The notes under the pieces were generated by a model. The model saw nothing but the letters and a program-made list of their open reading frames with translations, ran no database searches and was not told the origin of the DNA. Below, in pieces: positions 63,543 through 64,000 of a stretch of DNA of 64,000 nucleotides. A program made the translations under genes and the position numbers. Source of the stretch: Terriglobales bacterium (GTDB lineage: Bacteria; Acidobacteriota; Terriglobia; Terriglobales; Acidobacteriaceae); NCBI GenBank assembly GCA_035691825.1, contig DASSIO010000060.1, positions 52,325 through 116,324 on the forward strand, in the 5' to 3' direction. Position 1 is the stretch's first letter. Every line of letters starts with the position of its first letter.

Positions 63543-64000
63543 ATGCGGACATTTGGGCTGCCCGAAAGGCGCTGCGGCTTTCTGCTGGCAATTTTGTGCT
63601 GCTCGTGTTTTTCGCTGGCGCAAACCGATGTCGCGATGGTCTATGCATCCCAAGCCGCATGGTTGAATGGCGTGCCAATTCCCGGCTCTTCGGCGTTGTT
63701 TCCTGGCGACTTGGTGCAAACCAAAGTCGCTCCTGCCGACATCACTGCCTTTGGCTCAAAGGTCCTGCTCGGCGGCGATACTGTTCTGAATTACTACGCC
63801 GGCACGGTCGAACTACACCGGGGCAATATCAACGTAGTCACATCAAAGGCGTTCGCTGCGCGAGTCGAGGAGATCACGATACGGCCTGCCGTGCTGGACT
63901 GGACAGAGTTTCATTTGGTCGAAGGCGATCAATCACTCAGAATCATCGCTGCCAAAGGCGATCTTGTCATCACAGATGAGCATGGCACGACTACGGTTCC
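63543..64000 (+). CDS. Hypothetical secreted protein, 3' end outside the window
   Basis: My own translation finds a frame with no stop from ATG 63543 to the window end: MRTFGLPERRCGFLLAILCCSCFSLAQTD... (signal peptide). It is not in the ORF track because it is unterminated. ATG 63498 is an alternative start. Confidence 0.4.
   Translation, partial: MRTFGLPERRCGFLLAILCCSCFSLAQTDVAMVYASQAAWLNGVPIPGSSALFPGDLVQTKVAPADITAFGSKVLLGGDTVLNYYAGTVELHRGNINVVTSKAFAARVEEITIRPAVLDWTEFHLVEGDQSLRIIAAKGDLVITDEHGTTTV

Noticed and set aside
63407-63979. 190-aa track ORF at the right edge.
   Set aside because: It is Arg-rich, overlaps the end of the DUF218 gene, and sits in a different frame from the unterminated ORF starting at 63543, which has a proper signal peptide.
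1-64000. CRISPR arrays, IS elements or transposases, prophage genes, toxin-antitoxin pairs and known defence-system genes.
   Set aside because: Reading both strands, I saw no repeat-spacer periodicity and no transposase, integrase or phage-like ORFs. This was a visual scan only, so short or degenerate elements could have been missed.

Overview
This looks like an ordinary chromosomal segment of a GC-rich (by eye, not computed) Gram-negative bacterium. It is most likely Acidobacteriota, based on an ADOP-type duplicated FtsX permease and the overall gene content. I call about 60 CDS, one tRNA-Lys(TTT), a small SRP RNA, one gene remnant and a few repeats and regulatory palindromes.

Most genes are housekeeping: rpsA, ribD, ftsY, gpsA-plsY, cinA, thpR, pgpA, yacG, rimO, atpI-B-E, rlmN, trmJ-like, an M16 peptidase and a transaldolase. 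Polysaccharide genes sit at both edges. I found no CRISPR array, IS element, integrase, prophage or recognisable defence genes, and no compelling new multi-gene system.

The observations most worth a second look are:
- A Cys-less Rrf2 regulator whose 23-bp palindromic operator occurs twice. The two copies link an SsuABC-type importer to a porin and a SorAB-like periplasmic sulfite dehydrogenase.
- An oxidative-damage repair cluster: MutT, a DipZ-like redoxin, a free-Met-SO reductase GAF protein, an MsrPQ-like Mo enzyme with cytochrome b, and an ECF sigma factor. Its ZAS-type anti-sigma factor carries an extracytoplasmic Ada-like Zn domain.
- An SRP RNA that overlaps the longest ORF of the atpI-like gene.
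- A truncated atpI-B-E operon with a long heptamer-based inverted repeat before atpE, and a c subunit with a signal-peptide-like extension.
- An 897-aa HEAT-repeat protein with a C-terminal PilZ domain.
- A radical-SAM enzyme with a Cys-rich C-terminus next to an M16 peptidase, with no visible precursor peptide.
- A divergent histidine-kinase pair, a NarL-type regulator and an orphan flp pilin gene.

All functional calls come from motif recognition by eye. No database search was run.
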